From Pseudonocardiaceae bacterium (GTDB lineage: Bacteria; Actinomycetota; Actinomycetes; Mycobacteriales; Pseudonocardiaceae), in the NCBI GenBank assembly GCA_036384655.1, contig DASVLX010000155.1, positions 10,110 through 74,109 on the forward strand: a stretch of 64,000 nucleotides of DNA. Direction: 5' to 3'. Positions 9,129 to 22,139 of this stretch are shown here, in pieces (the first letter of the stretch is position 1; each line of letters opens with the position of its first letter). The notes under the pieces are model-generated. The model was not told where the DNA came from, searched no databases, and was given only the letters and a program-made list of their open reading frames with translations. A program made the translations under genes and the position numbers.

Positions 9129-10304
9129 ATGAACGTCGCCACACCCGCACCTCGTCGGCCGGACGCCACGGTCGGGCACCAGCGCCACACGGCCTGGCGC
9201 CTGATCGTCCGCACGGTGAGCAAGGCGTGGCAGGGCAGCATCTTCTCCGAGGCGGCCCAGGCGGCGTTCTGGCAGACCCTGTCCCTACCGCCGCTGCTGC
9301 TCGGCCTGCTGGGCAGCGTCGGCTTCCTCGGCCACTGGTTCGGTCCCGAGCTGGTGACCGCCGAGGAGCTCCGGCTGATCTCGTTCGCTCGGACGGTGTT
9401 CACCCCGAACGTGGTCGACACGATCATCCAGCCGACCATCAGCGCCATCCTGACGAAGGCGCAGACCGGGATCGCCTCGTTCGGCTTCCTGCTGTCATTC
9501 TGGTCCGGATCGTCCGCGATCTCGTCGTTCGTGAACGCGATCACCGCCGCCTACGGCCAGCATGGCGAGCGCAACGACGTGTGGCAACGCATCGTCGCGC
9601 TGTTGCTGTACGTGGTCGGGCTGGTGTTGGCGATCATCGGCCTGCCGATCCTGGCGCTCGGACCGGACCTGCTGGTCAGTCTCTTCCCCGCCTCGCTGGA
9701 GAGGACGGTCGGACAACTCGCCGAGATCCTCTACTACCCCGGCGTCGCGATCCTGCTGATCATCGCGCTGGCCACGCTCTACAAGCTCTCGCCGCCGCAC
9801 CGGCTGCCCTGGTGGCGCGGGTTGCCCGGCGCCGCGCTGGCGATGACGGTGTTCCTGCTGGCCACCGTTGGCCTGCGGATCTATCTGGTGTGGATCGGCC
9901 GGACCGGCTACACGTACGGGGCGCTGGCGGCACCGATCGCGTTCCTGCTGTTCACGTTCTTCATCGGACTGGCGATCGTGCTCGGAGCGCATTTCAACAG
10001 CGCCATCCAGGAGTTCTGGCCGGCCAAGTCAACCAACAGACAACATCGTCGGTGGCGCAGCCTGCGTCAACCCACCAGGTCCGAGAAGACCGGATCAGAC
10101 AAGAAGGGATCCGAGAAGGCCGGATCCGAGAGTTCAGCGGACGCACCGGACACCGGCGACACCGGGCCGGCCGCCGCGCCGGCCGGTAAGGCTGGCGGAG
10201 CCGACAGCGCCGACGATCACAGCGCCCACGATCAAGCCCACGATCAAGCCCACGATCACGAGCATGATCTCGGCGCCCCAGCGGGGCGTCGACGAGGTCG
10301 GTGA
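9129..10304 (+). CDS. YihY/BrkB-family membrane protein with a low-complexity His/Asp-rich C-terminal tail
   Basis: N-terminal TVSKAWQGSIFSEAAQAAFWQTLSLPPLLLGLLG and multiple TM segments typical of the YihY family. Tail ends in SAHDQAHDQAHDHEHD. Confidence 0.8.
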   Translation: MNVATPAPRRPDATVGHQRHTAWRLIVRTVSKAWQGSIFSEAAQAAFWQTLSLPPLLLGLLGSVGFLGHWFGPELVTAEELRLISFARTVFTPNVVDTIIQPTISAILTKAQTGIASFGFLLSFWSGSSAISSFVNAITAAYGQHGERNDVWQRIVALLLYVVGLVLAIIGLPILALGPDLLVSLFPASLERTVGQLAEILYYPGVAILLIIALATLYKLSPPHRLPWWRGLPGAALAMTVFLLATVGLRIYLVWIGRTGYTYGALAAPIAFLLFTFFIGLAIVLGAHFNSAIQEFWPAKSTNRQHRRWRSLRQPTRSEKTGSDKKGSEKAGSESSADAPDTGDTGPAAAPAGKAGGADSADDHSAHDQAHDQAHDHEHDLGAPAGRRRGR

Positions 10305-10328
10305 CCCGTTGCTTACGCTGGTAGCGGT

Positions 10329-13300
10329 ATGACTTCTCCGCTCGCCGAACTGGACGAACGCCTCCCGAATCTGATGCCGCGCGACGAACGTCGCCTGCGG
10401 CGCCGTGTCGACGGTGCGCGCCGGGTGCGTGATCCCGCCGCGCGACGGTCCATCGCGGACGCGATCGCGGTGGACGTGGCGGCGGCCGAGGCACGGGTGG
10501 CGGCCCGGGTGGCCAGCGTGCCCGCGATCGAGTATCCGGCGGAACTGCCGGTCAGCCAGCGGCGCGCGGAACTGCTCTCGGCCATCCGCGACAACCAGGT
10601 CGTGATCGTGGCCGGCGAGACCGGTTCGGGCAAGACCACCCAGTTGCCCAAGATCTGCCTGGAGGCCGGTCGAGGCATCCGCGGCATGATCGGCCACACC
10701 CAGCCCCGCCGGATCGCCGCGCGCTCGGTGGCCGAACGCATCGCCGAGGAACTGCACGGCGAGGTCGGCGACATCGTCGGCTACCAGGTCCGGTTCACCG
10801 GCCGGGTCGGCGACCAGAGCCTGATCAAGCTGATGACCGACGGCATCCTGCTCGCCGAGATCACCGACGACCGGCAGTTACAGTGTTACGACACGCTGAT
10901 CATCGACGAGGCGCATGAGCGCAGCCTCAACATCGACTTCATCCTGGGCTATCTCCGGCGGTTGCTGCCCCGTCGGCCGGATCTCAAGGTGATCATCACC
11001 TCGGCCACCATCGATCCGCAGCGGTTCTCCCGGCATTTCCAGGACGCCCCGGTGATCGAGGTGTCCGGCCGCACCTACCCGGTCGAGGTGCGCTACCGGC
11101 CGGTGATCGATCCGGATGATCCGGACACAGACCCGGACCGGGACGTCACGCAGGCGATCGGCGACGCCGTGCGCGAGCTGGCCGCCGAGGGCCAGGGTGA
11201 CATCCTGGTGTTCTGTTCCGGCGAACGGGAGATCCGTGACACCGCCGACTCGCTCGGGCGCCTCGATCTGCGCAACACCGAGATCGTTCCGCTGTACGCA
11301 CGGCTGTCCTCGGCCGAGCAGCACCGCGTGTTCCAGCCGCACACCGGGCGGCGGATCGTGCTGGCCACCAACGTCGCGGAGACCTCGCTGACGGTGCCGG
11401 GTATCCGGTACGTGATCGACCCCGGCACCGCACGCATCTCCCGCTACAGCAACCGGCTCAAGGTGCAGCGGCTGCCCATCGAACCGGTCTCGCAGGCGTC
11501 CGCGAACCAGCGCAAGGGCCGCTGCGGGCGGCTGTCCGACGGCATCTGCGTCCGCCTGTACAGCGAGGAGGACTTCCTCGGCCGTCCCGAGTTCACCGAA
11601 CCGGAAATCCTGCGCACCAACCTCGCGTCGGTCATCCTGCGCATGACCGCCCTGGGCCTGGGAGATCTGACCGCGTTCCCGTTCGTCGACCCACCGGACC
11701 GGCGCGCCATCACCGACGGCATCACGCTGCTGCGGGAGCTCGGCGCGATCGAGGCGTCCAAGTCGGACAGCGACCGGCCCAGGCTGACCGCGACCGGCCG
11801 CACCCTCGCGCAACTGCCCATCGATCCGCGGATGGCCCGGATGGTCACCGAGGCCGACCGCAACGGTTGTCTGCACGAGGTCATGGTGATCGCCTCGGCA
11901 CTGTCCATTCAGGATCCGCGCGAACGGCCCTCGGAGCACCAGCAGGACGCGGACGCCAAGCACGCCCGGTTCGTCGTACCGGACTCCGACTTCCTGACCT
12001 TCCTCAAGCTGTGGGACTACCTGCGCGAGCAGCAGAAGGCGTTGTCCGGCAACCAGTTCCGCAAGCTGTGCCGCAACGAGTACCTCAACTACCTGCGGGT
12101 GCGGGAATGGCAGGACCTGTACGGTCAGCTGCACCAGATGACCAAGAACCTCGGCATGACCCGCAACGACACGCCCGCCGACGAGCGCAAGATCCATATG
12201 TCGCTGCTGGCCGGCCTGCTGTCACATCTGGGGATGCGGGACAGCCGTGCCAAGCAGCCGGCGGCTGGCCGGGCCACCGTCGAGTATCTCGGCGCGCGCA
12301 ACGCCCGGTTCGCCATCTTCCCCGGTTCCGGGCTCGCCAAGAAGCCGCCGCAGTGGGTCATGGCGGCCGAACTGGTCGAAACCTCCCGGCTGTGGGCCCG
12401 GATGGTCGCCAGGATCGAACCGGAGTGGGCGGAGAGACTCGCCGAGCATCTGGTCCGGCGCGGTTACAGCGAGCCGCGCTGGGACGCCGAGCGTGGCGCC
12501 GTGCTGGGCACCGAGAAGGTCAGCCTGTTCGGGCTGCCGATCGTGGCCGCCCGGACCGTCAACTACGGCCGTATCGATCCGACGGTGGCCCGCGAGGAGT
12601 TCATCCGGCACGCCCTGGTCGAGGGTGACTGGAACACCCAGCACGCCTTCTTCCGGCGCAACCGCGAGATGCTCGCCGAGGTCGAGGAACTCGAACAGCG
12701 GGCCCGGCGGCGGGACATCATGGTCGACGAGGACGTGCTGTTCGACTTCTATGACCAGCGAGTCGGCCGCGAGGTGGTGTCCGCCCGGCATTTCGACACC
12801 TGGTGGAAGGGCGTCCGGGCCGACCAGCCCGATCTGCTCACGTTCGACCGCTCGATGCTGGCCAGGGACACCGCCGACGAGCTGGACCCGTCGAGCTACC
12901 CGGACTCCTGGCAGCAGGATGAGCTGCCGCTGACGCTGACCTACCAGTTCGAACCCGGCCAGGCCGATGACGGGGTGACCGTGCGGGTGCCACTGGCCGC
13001 GCTGCACCAGCTGTCCGCCGCCGAGTTCAGCTGGCAGGTGCCGGGACTGCGCGAGGAACTGGTCACCGCGCTGATCCGGTCGCTGCCCAAGCAGCTGCGC
13101 CGCAACTTCGTGCCCGCGCCGGACGTCGCCCGAGCGGTGCTGGACCGGATCAAGCCCGGCGACGAGTCGGGGCGGTCGCTGCCCGACGCGCTGTCCCACG
13201 AACTGCACCGGCTGCGCGGCGTGACCGTGCCCCGGGACGCCTGGGACCTGAACCGGCTGCCCGCGCATCTGCGGATCACCTTCCAGGTCGTGGACGACCA

Positions 13301-14243
13301 CGACAAAACGGTGACCGAGGGCAAGGACCTGGACGCGCTCAAGCGTGAACTGACCGAACGGGTGCGCGCGGAGCTGGACAGCAACGCCGCCGACATCGCC
13401 CGCTCCGGCCTGCGTGACTGGGACCTCGGCGAGCTGCCGCGCAGCCAGCGCCGCACCGTCAACGGCGTGCCGGTCACCGCGTATCCGACGCTGGTCGACG
13501 AGGGTGACAGCGTCGCGGTCCGGCTGGTCGGCACCGAGGCCGAGCAGCGGCGGGCGATGTGGGCTGGCACCCGACGGCTGGTGCTGTTGCGGCTGCCGTC
13601 CCCGGTCAAGATGGTCACCCGGGCGCTGGACAACCAGGCCAAACTGACCCTGGGCCGCAACCCGCACGGCAGCGTGGCCGCGCTGCTGGACGATTGCGTC
13701 ACGGCCGCCGCCGACGCGCTGATCGCCAAGGCGGGTGGGGTGGCCTGGGACGCGGCTGGCTTCGCGAGGCTGGTGGAGGCCGCCCGGCCGCACCTCGGCG
13801 AGACCATGCTGGACGTGCTGGAACAGGTACGCCGGGTGCTCGCCGCCGCGCACACCGTGGCGGCCAAACTGGACCGCCCGGGTGGCCCGGAGGACTCACT
13901 GGCCGACATCCGCGAGCATCTGCGTTCCCTGGTGCACAAGGGATTCGTGACGGAGTTCGGCCGGCGGCGGTTGCCGGACGTGGTCCGCTATGTGCGCGGC
14001 ATCGACCACCGGCTGGACAAGCTCACCGAGAACCCGAGCCGCGACCAGGACCGGCTGGCCCAACTCAACGAGGTGCGGCAGGCGTATCGGGAGTGCCGAG
14101 AACGGGTCGGCGAGGAGCGCTCGGCGGACATTCGGTGGATGATCGAGGAACTGCGCGTCAGCTACTTCGCGCAGACCCTGGGAACCGCCTGCCCCATCTC
14201 CGACAAGCGGATCTACCGGGCGATCGACCAGCTGTCCGGCTAG
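10329..14243 (+). CDS. hrpA: ATP-dependent RNA helicase HrpA
   Basis: 1304 aa. [42 protein letters not shown] motifs, plus the long HrpA C-terminal extension. Confidence 0.95.
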   Translation: MTSPLAELDERLPNLMPRDERRLRRRVDGARRVRDPAARRSIADAIAVDVAAAEARVAARVASVPAIEYPAELPVSQRRAELLSAIRDNQVVIVAGETGSGKTTQLPKICLEAGRGIRGMIGHTQPRRIAARSVAERIAEELHGEVGDIVGYQVRFTGRVGDQSLIKLMTDGILLAEITDDRQLQCYDTLIIDEAHERSLNIDFILGYLRRLLPRRPDLKVIITSATIDPQRFSRHFQDAPVIEVSGRTYPVEVRYRPVIDPDDPDTDPDRDVTQAIGDAVRELAAEGQGDILVFCSGEREIRDTADSLGRLDLRNTEIVPLYARLSSAEQHRVFQPHTGRRIVLATNVAETSLTVPGIRYVIDPGTARISRYSNRLKVQRLPIEPVSQASANQRKGRCGRLSDGICVRLYSEEDFLGRPEFTEPEILRTNLASVILRMTALGLGDLTAFPFVDPPDRRAITDGITLLRELGAIEASKSDSDRPRLTATGRTLAQLPIDPRMARMVTEADRNGCLHEVMVIASALSIQDPRERPSEHQQDADAKHARFVVPDSDFLTFLKLWDYLREQQKALSGNQFRKLCRNEYLNYLRVREWQDLYGQLHQMTKNLGMTRNDTPADERKIHMSLLAGLLSHLGMRDSRAKQPAAGRATVEYLGARNARFAIFPGSGLAKKPPQWVMAAELVETSRLWARMVARIEPEWAERLAEHLVRRGYSEPRWDAERGAVLGTEKVSLFGLPIVAARTVNYGRIDPTVAREEFIRHALVEGDWNTQHAFFRRNREMLAEVEELEQRARRRDIMVDEDVLFDFYDQRVGREVVSARHFDTWWKGVRADQPDLLTFDRSMLARDTADELDPSSYPDSWQQDELPLTLTYQFEPGQADDGVTVRVPLAALHQLSAAEFSWQVPGLREELVTALIRSLPKQLRRNFVPAPDVARAVLDRIKPGDESGRSLPDALSHELHRLRGVTVPRDAWDLNRLPAHLRITFQVVDDHDKTVTEGKDLDALKRELTERVRAELDSNAADIARSGLRDWDLGELPRSQRRTVNGVPVTAYPTLVDEGDSVAVRLVGTEAEQRRAMWAGTRRLVLLRLPSPVKMVTRALDNQAKLTLGRNPHGSVAALLDDCVTAAADALIAKAGGVAWDAAGFARLVEAARPHLGETMLDVLEQVRRVLAAAHTVAAKLDRPGGPEDSLADIREHLRSLVHKGFVTEFGRRRLPDVVRYVRGIDHRLDKLTENPSRDQDRLAQLNEVRQAYRECRERVGEERSADIRWMIEELRVSYFAQTLGTACPISDKRIYRAIDQLSG

Positions 14244-14244
14244 C

Positions 14245-14297
14245 CACGGACACCCCAGACACGGACAACCCGGACACGGACAACCCGGACACGGACA
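14245..14297. repeat. About 3.5 x 15-bp tandem repeat (cacggacaacccgga)
   Basis: cacggacaccccaga cacggacaacccgga cacggacaacccgga cacggaca, starting 2 nt after the hrpA stop and lying upstream of glpK. Confidence 0.9.
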
Positions 14298-14334
14298 CCG
14301 AGAAGACTGGCACCCAGCAGAGGGAGATCCGGCC

Positions 14335-15891
14335 ATGGCTGACTTCGTCGGAGCGGTCGACCAGGGCACCACGAGCACCCGGTTCATGATCTTCGACCAT
14401 GGCGGCCGCGAGGTGGCCCGCCACCAGTTGGAGCACCAGCAGATCCTGCCCCATCCCGGCTGGGTCGAACACAACCCGACGGAGATCTGGGAGCGCACCC
14501 GCGCGGTCATCGAGACGGCCCTGACCAGGGCGAACCTCCACTCAACCGATCTGGCCGCGGTCGGCATCACCAACCAGCGGGAGACCACGGTGGTGTGGAA
14601 CCGCCGGACCGGCCGGCCGTACCGCAACGCGATCGTCTGGCAGGACACCCGGACCGACCGGATCGCCGCGACGCTGGACCGGGACGGCCGGGGTGACGTC
14701 ATCCGCCGCAAGGCGGGCCTGCCGCCGGCCACCTACTTCTCCGGCGGCAAGCTGAAGTGGATCCTGGAGACCGTCGACGGGCTGCGGAAGGCCGCCGAGG
14801 CCGGCGACGCGCTGTTCGGCAACACCGACAGCTGGCTGCTGTGGAACCTCACCGGCGGAACGGACGGTGGCGTGCACGTCACCGACGTGACCAACGCCAG
14901 CCGGACCATGCTGATGGATCTGGAAACCCTGTCCTGGGACGACGAACTACTGTCCTTTTTCGACATTCCGAGGGCGATGCTGCCGGACATCAGGCCGTCC
15001 TCGCAGCCCGGTGGCTACGGGCTCAGCAGGGCCGACGGGCCACTGGGCGGTGAGGTCGCGCTGTCCGGCGATCTCGGCGACCAGCAGGCCGCGACCGTCG
15101 GCCAGGTGTGCTTCGAGCCCGGCACCGCCAAGAACACCTACGGCACCGGCAACTTCCTGCTGCTCAACACCGGGCACGAGCCGGTGCGCTCGCGGCACGG
15201 CCTGCTCACCACGGTGTGCTACCAGTTCGGCGACCAGAAGCCGGTCTACGCACTGGAGGGTTCCATCGCGGTGACCGGCTCGGCCGTGCAGTGGCTGCGT
15301 GACCAACTCGGCATCATCAGCGGCGCGGCACAGAGCGAGATGCTGGCCCGCCAGGTGCCCGACAACGGCGGGGTGTACTTCGTGCCGGCGTTCTCCGGAC
15401 TGTTCGCGCCATACTGGCGCTCCGACGCGCGCGGCGTGATCGTCGGGCTGTCCCGGTACAACAGCAACGCGCATATCGCCCGGGCAACCCTGGAGGCGAT
15501 CTGCTACCAGACCCGGGATGTGGTGGAGGCGATGCAGCAGGACTCGGGCGTCACGCTGGACGTGCTGCGGGTCGACGGTGGCGTGACCGCCAACGAGCTG
15601 TGCATGCAGCTGCAGGCGGACATCCTCGGCGTGCCGGTGTCCCGGCCGGTGGTGGCCGAGACCACCGCGCTGGGTGCCGCCTACGCGGCCGGGCTCGCCG
15701 TCGGCTTCTGGACGTCGACCGACGAGCTGAAGCGGAACTGGCACGAGGACCGGCGATGGCAGCCGACCTGGACCGAGGATCGACGCGCCAAGGGATACGC
15801 CGGCTGGCGCAAGGCGGTCACCCGCACCCTCGACTGGGTTGACGTCAACCACTCGGCGGCCGACCCAGCCGACGGTCCGGGCGAAGGCTGA
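14335..15891 (+). CDS. glpK: Glycerol kinase
   Basis: [34 protein letters not shown], full-length FGGY kinase (518 aa). Confidence 0.95.
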   Translation: MADFVGAVDQGTTSTRFMIFDHGGREVARHQLEHQQILPHPGWVEHNPTEIWERTRAVIETALTRANLHSTDLAAVGITNQRETTVVWNRRTGRPYRNAIVWQDTRTDRIAATLDRDGRGDVIRRKAGLPPATYFSGGKLKWILETVDGLRKAAEAGDALFGNTDSWLLWNLTGGTDGGVHVTDVTNASRTMLMDLETLSWDDELLSFFDIPRAMLPDIRPSSQPGGYGLSRADGPLGGEVALSGDLGDQQAATVGQVCFEPGTAKNTYGTGNFLLLNTGHEPVRSRHGLLTTVCYQFGDQKPVYALEGSIAVTGSAVQWLRDQLGIISGAAQSEMLARQVPDNGGVYFVPAFSGLFAPYWRSDARGVIVGLSRYNSNAHIARATLEAICYQTRDVVEAMQQDSGVTLDVLRVDGGVTANELCMQLQADILGVPVSRPVVAETTALGAAYAAGLAVGFWTSTDELKRNWHEDRRWQPTWTEDRRAKGYAGWRKAVTRTLDWVDVNHSAADPADGPGEG

Positions 15892-15895
15892 GGGC

Positions 15896-16168
15896 TCAGC
15901 GGTCCTCGTTGTTGCCGCCGCCGTGCGGCATCATCTGGTAGATCCGCTTGCACTCCGGGCACACCGGGGAACCGGGCTTGGGTGAGCGGGTCACCGGGAA
16001 CGTCTCGCCGCACAGCGCCACCACGTAGTTGCCCATGACCGCGCTCTCCGCGATCTTCTCCTTGCGCACGTAGTGGAACATCTTCGGAGAGTCGTCACCG
16101 GTGCTCTCGGTGGCCTCCGGACGTGTGTCGACTTCGGGAAGGGTCTGCGTGCTCACATCACCAATCAT
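15896..16168 (-). CDS. DUF3039-family small protein
   Basis: FHYVRKEKIAESAVMGNYVVALCGETFPVTRSPKPGSPVCPECKRIY matches my recollection of the conserved actinobacterial DUF3039 family. Confidence 0.75.
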   Translation of the reverse strand: MIGDVSTQTLPEVDTRPEATESTGDDSPKMFHYVRKEKIAESAVMGNYVVALCGETFPVTRSPKPGSPVCPECKRIYQMMPHGGGNNEDR

Positions 16169-16194
16169 GCCATCGGGCTCGCCGACGCGGGAGG

Positions 16195-17121
16195 ATGCCG
16201 GTCGTGAGGATTCGGATCGCCGACGAGGTCAGCGCAGCGGTGACGGACGGTCGGCCGGTGGTCGCGCTGGAGAGCACGCTGCTCGCGCACGGACTACCCG
16301 CCGGCCGTAACCGGGAGGTCGCCGACCGGCTGGAACGAGTCGTGCGGGAGCGGGGCGCGGTGCCGGCGACCGTCGCGGTGCTGGACGGCGAACCGGTGGT
16401 GGGCCTGTCCGGTGCGGAACTGGACAGGGTCTGCGACCCGGACGCCGGCCTGGTGAAGCTGTCCCGCCGGGACCTGGCCCCCGCGAGCGCGCTGGGCAGC
16501 AGCGGGGCGACGACGGTGGCCGCCACGGTGGCGCTGGCCCATGCCGGCGGCATCGCGGTGTTCGCCACCGGAGGACTCGGCGGCGTGCACCGGGGAGCAC
16601 GGGACAGCTGGGACGTGTCCGCCGATCTCGGGGTGCTCGCCGACACGCCGATGCTGGTGGTGTGCTCGGGAGTCAAGTCGATCCTGGACATCGGCGCCAC
16701 GCTGGAGCTGCTGGAGACCGAGTCGGTGCCGGTGCTCGGCTACCAGACCGATCTCTTCCCCGCCTTCTACCTGCGCGAATCGCCGTTCCCGGTGCCCTGG
16801 CGGGTGGACACGCCGGAGCAGGCGGCCGCGGTGTTCCTGGCACATCGAGACAGCTCCGCCGGATCCACCGCGGTGGTGCTGGCCAACCCGGTGCCCGCCG
16901 AGTTCGAGATGGATCACGGCCTGCATGACCGACTGCTCGCCGAGGGCCTCTACTGGGCGGAGACCCAGCACATCCGCGGCAAGGAGGTCACTCCGGCGCT
17001 GCTGGCGCATTTCCACGCCGGCAGCGGTGGCGCCAGCCTGGCGGCGAACGAGGCGCTCGTGGTCGCCAACGCCACGCTGGCGGCCCAGCTGGCGAACGTG
17101 CTGGCGGTCAGCCCTCGATGA
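16195..17121 (+). CDS. psuG: Pseudouridine-5'-phosphate glycosidase
   Basis: ATG at 16195. VALESTLLAHGLP, GATTVAAT, FATGGLGGVHRGA, VVCSGVKSILD motifs. Confidence 0.9.
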   Translation: MPVVRIRIADEVSAAVTDGRPVVALESTLLAHGLPAGRNREVADRLERVVRERGAVPATVAVLDGEPVVGLSGAELDRVCDPDAGLVKLSRRDLAPASALGSSGATTVAATVALAHAGGIAVFATGGLGGVHRGARDSWDVSADLGVLADTPMLVVCSGVKSILDIGATLELLETESVPVLGYQTDLFPAFYLRESPFPVPWRVDTPEQAAAVFLAHRDSSAGSTAVVLANPVPAEFEMDHGLHDRLLAEGLYWAETQHIRGKEVTPALLAHFHAGSGGASLAANEALVVANATLAAQLANVLAVSPR

Positions 17122-17425
17122 CCGGATGCTCGCGGTCCTCCAGTTGCCTGGCGGCGTGCCGGTGGCGGAACCAGCTGACCTTCTCGGACTTCCGCGGGGG
17201 CCGGTCGTTGGCGATGAGCACGGCGATCCACGGCAGTGGGATGGAGATGGCCACGAAGATCAGGGCCAGCCACCAGATCTGGTAGTACACGCCCGCGAGG
17301 ATCAGGCACGGCAGCCGCAGCGCCATCATGATCGTGTACTTGCGTTTGCGCGCGGCGTACTCGTCGTCGGCCGACGGCCGCGCCTCGGTGATCAGGATCG
17401 GCGTGTCGTTCTGGCGGCCAGTCAC
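17108..17425 (-). CDS. DUF3099-family small membrane protein
   Basis: GTG at 17425 preceded by ggaggagg. ARKRKYTIMMALRLPCLILAGVYY...IPLPWIAVLIANDRPP is the family's typical two-TM core. Confidence 0.75.
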   Translation of the reverse strand: MTGRQNDTPILITEARPSADDEYAARKRKYTIMMALRLPCLILAGVYYQIWWLALIFVAISIPLPWIAVLIANDRPPRKSEKVSWFRHRHAARQLEDREHPVIEG

Positions 17426-17633
17426 GACACCACCTCCTCCGCAATCGCCCTCCCATCGTGACACTCGCGGCGGTCCCTGCACAGTGCTGGACCGTGCGCG
17501 CCGAAATTTTTCACGACGGAAACATCACCACCCGGATGGCGCAATGCGCTGAGCGGGCGTGCGAGCATTCCGGTGAAGAACCACCCGCACAAACACGGCG
17601 GGAACACAACAGCGGAAGGTGGAAATCAAGCTC

Positions 17634-18059
17634 ATGCGCGCGGTCGTCGCCCGGGTGAACGGTGCGAGTGTCAGCGTCGATGACGAGATCGTCGGCGAGA
17701 TCGACGGACCCGGCCTACTGGTGTTGCTGGGAGTGCGCGTCGATGACACCGAGGAACAGGCGATCACCATGGCACGCAAGGTGTACGAACTGCGCATCCT
17801 GCGTGACGAGCAGTCCTGCGCGACGACCGGCGCGCCACTGCTGGTGGTCAGCCAGTTCACGCTGTACGGCAACACCCGCAAGGGCCGCCGGCCGTCCTGG
17901 ATCGAAGCCGCGCCACCCGCGGTGGCGGAACCTCTGGTGGACCTGGTGATCGCGGAACTACGCAAGCGAGGCGCGAAGGTGAGTACCGGCCGGTTCGGCG
18001 CCGTGATGGCGGTCCGAAGCATCAACGATGGACCGTTCACGGTTCTCGTGGAGACGTGA
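17634..18059 (+). CDS. dtd: D-aminoacyl-tRNA deacylase
   Basis: MRAVVARV...GLLVLLGV...SQFTLYG...GRRPSW...FGAVMAV..NDGPFT(V/I). Confidence 0.92.
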   Translation: MRAVVARVNGASVSVDDEIVGEIDGPGLLVLLGVRVDDTEEQAITMARKVYELRILRDEQSCATTGAPLLVVSQFTLYGNTRKGRRPSWIEAAPPAVAEPLVDLVIAELRKRGAKVSTGRFGAVMAVRSINDGPFTVLVET

Positions 18060-18324
18060 AAGCTGAGTAACACCTGAAGCCGCTGATCTATTCCTCAGCG
18101 AAGCTTCAGGTTTGACGGGCAACGCCTGTGACCGGTCCGACGTCATCAAGACAGGACGGCGGGAACGAATTCGAGCCCACCGTCGTTTTCAAAAATGTCC
18201 GGCCAACCAGCGAGTGGCCCCGGGGGTAACCGCAACCGGGTCATCCGCACGGTGGGCGCCACGGACACCACACGTGTTCGCGGTGCCAGCCAGCACGTCA
18301 GCCCGTAACAGGGAGGGGAGACCC

Positions 18325-19320
18325 ATGACCGCTCCGCAGACCCTCGATCGTGGGGTCGAGGTCCCGGACCTCGCCATCAGCGTCGAGGCCGCAGACCTCG
18401 ACGCTCAGGGGCCAGCCGCCGACCTAGTGCGAGTTTACCTGAACGGAATCGGCAAGACCGCCCTGCTGAACGCCGCGCAGGAAGTGGAACTCGCCAAGCG
18501 CATCGAGGCGGGCGTGTTCGCCCAGCACATGCTCGACACCGCGAAGAAGCTCTCGACCAAGCGCCGGGAGGAGTTGTCCGCGCTGGTGCGCGACGGCCAG
18601 GTGGCCAAGAATCATCTGCTGGAGGCGAACCTCCGGCTGGTCGTGTCGCTGGCCAAGCGCTACACCGGCCGCGGCATGCCGTTGCTCGACCTGATCCAGG
18701 AGGGCAACCTCGGCCTGATCCGCGCGGTCGAGAAGTTCGACTACACCAAGGGATTCAAGTTCTCCACGTACGCGACCTGGTGGATTCGCCAGGCGATCAC
18801 TCGTGGCATGGCCGACCAGGGTCGCACCATCCGGCTGCCGGTACATCTGGTCGAGCAGGTCAACAAGCTGGCCCGGATCAAGCGGGACCTGCACCAGCAA
18901 CTCGGCCGCGAAGCCACCAACGTCGAACTGGCCAAGGAGGTTGGGCTGACCCCCGACAAGGTCGCCGACCTGCTCGACCACGCCCGCGACCCGGTGAGCC
19001 TCGACATGCCGGTGGGCACCGACGAGGACGCCCCGCTGGGCGACTTCATCGAGGACGGCGAGGCGACCGACGCGGAGAGCGCCGTCATCTCCGGCCTGCT
19101 GCAGGACGACCTGCGGCGGGTGCTGGCCACGCTCGACGAGCGCGAGCAGGCCGTGATCCGGCTGCGCTACGGGCTCGACGATGGTCAGCCCCGCACGTTG
19201 GACCAGATCGGCAAGCGGTTCGGGCTGTCCCGGGAGCGGGTCCGGCAGATCGAGCGCGAGGTCATGGCCAAGCTGCGGCAGGGTGAGCGGGCTGATCGCC
19301 TTCGCGCCTACGCCTCCTAG
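18325..19320 (+). CDS. sigB: Group 2 (SigB/HrdD-like) sigma-70 family sigma factor
   Basis: ATG at 18325 preceded by gggagggg. Regions 1.2-4 closely parallel hrdB ([57 protein letters not shown]; [28 protein letters not shown]) but without the long N-terminal tail. Confidence 0.9.
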   Translation: MTAPQTLDRGVEVPDLAISVEAADLDAQGPAADLVRVYLNGIGKTALLNAAQEVELAKRIEAGVFAQHMLDTAKKLSTKRREELSALVRDGQVAKNHLLEANLRLVVSLAKRYTGRGMPLLDLIQEGNLGLIRAVEKFDYTKGFKFSTYATWWIRQAITRGMADQGRTIRLPVHLVEQVNKLARIKRDLHQQLGREATNVELAKEVGLTPDKVADLLDHARDPVSLDMPVGTDEDAPLGDFIEDGEATDAESAVISGLLQDDLRRVLATLDEREQAVIRLRYGLDDGQPRTLDQIGKRFGLSRERVRQIEREVMAKLRQGERADRLRAYAS

Positions 19321-19560
19321 TTCCGCCGTCCCAGGCGGCGCGGTGCTGCGTTCTCGGCCGCTCGCGTAGATGACTACGCCACGCGGCCTGCGGCCTTGCA
19401 CCGCATCCACCTGGAACGCCGGAACTGGCTTGGGTTCAGAGACGCGCGTGAGTCCGCATGGCCTCAGTAGGCCAGGCGGCCTGCAGACTGGCCAACCATC
19501 CACGTGGAACGGCGGAGGTTCCGAGCGGTATGAGCTCGCGCGCGTGAGTTCTGTCATAGC
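19321..19560. repeat. REP-like intergenic repeat cluster (core ATCCACSTGGAACGSCGGA); internal diverged duplication of about 93-96 bp
   Basis: Core copies at 19405-19424 and 19498-19518. cgcgcgtgagtYc at 19443-19455 and 19539-19551. The 23-nt segment cgcggtgcYgcgttctcggccgc (19339-19361) recurs at 48795-48817. 18-nt imperfect inverted arms at 19321-19338 and 19407-19424. Confidence 0.7.
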
Positions 19561-19728
19561 AGGCGGTGAGGTCCGGGCGGCCGGTGGCCGTCCGGACCTC
19601 CCGCATTGTGGGTTCTACCTGCGGTTTGTCTGGGGAATCACGTCACAAGCCGGCCCGAGGGGGCGGTGACACGGGGTACGGTCAGCGATCGAGAGCTGAC
19701 CATGTGAGGCAAGGGAGCCCGCCGCGCC

Positions 19729-21426
<1,698 letters not shown>

Positions 21427-21519
21427 ACCCGGGTCAGGCCACATCACGTACGACCGGCACGCGAGCGACCAAGAACGCCGGCCCGCGCCACCTGGAACGG
21501 CGCAACGGGACGGCGGAAC

Positions 21520-22086
21520 CTAGTAGTGCCTAATGGTGCCCTGTAGCACCAGGGTGCGGCCGTCCAGCGGGGCGGCGAGCTGGACGGTGGCCACCACCTG
21601 CCGCACGATCATTGGGCACATCACGCCCGATGTGGTCTGTGTGGTGGTGGTCAGCCGCACCACCACCTGGCGGGCGTTCTCGCTGACAAGCGTGGCGGTC
21701 AGCCGGTCACAGCCGGCCTGTTCGGCGGCCAGTGCGATGGTCCGGCCGCCGTTCTCGGTCCAGACGCCGTTCGGGCCACCACCGGGCATCCCGGAGGCGT
21801 CGATCTGGTTGGCCGGCACGGGTGGCCCGCTGGTGGCCGGCGGCGCGCCAGGCACCGACGTGCCGGGTGTCGTCGGGCCTGGCGACACGCTGCCCTGTGC
21901 GCCGCTGCCGGCTGATCCGGTGTCGCCGGAGGTCGTCGTGGCAACCGTGCCGGTGCCGCTCGCGGTGCTCCCGCCGGCCGGCAGCGAGCTGGCATTCGAC
22001 GGGCCGCAGGCGGCCACGGTCAGCGCGAGCGTGACGGCGGCCAGCAGCGCGCCCGCCGGGACCGACCTGATCGAAGAGGACCTCAT
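21520..22086 (-). CDS. Hypothetical secreted lipoprotein
   Basis: Signal peptide with lipobox (LALTVAACG), a Gly/Ser/Thr/Pro-rich linker, then a globular C-terminal region of about 90 aa. No family recognised. Confidence 0.55.
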   Translation of the reverse strand: MRSSSIRSVPAGALLAAVTLALTVAACGPSNASSLPAGGSTASGTGTVATTTSGDTGSAGSGAQGSVSPGPTTPGTSVPGAPPATSGPPVPANQIDASGMPGGGPNGVWTENGGRTIALAAEQAGCDRLTATLVSENARQVVVRLTTTTQTTSGVMCPMIVRQVVATVQLAAPLDGRTLVLQGTIRHY

Positions 22087-22139
22087 GCCACCAAGACGTA
22101 CCTGGCGCGGCGGTTGGTTGCATCCGGTTGACGTGAGGT

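Noticed and set aside
19370-19669. 99-aa ORF with repeated STWN.GG motifs
   Set aside because: The peptide repeats simply mirror the intergenic DNA repeat family. There is no RBS, and copies of the same DNA core occur in non-coding contexts at 21487 and 48779.
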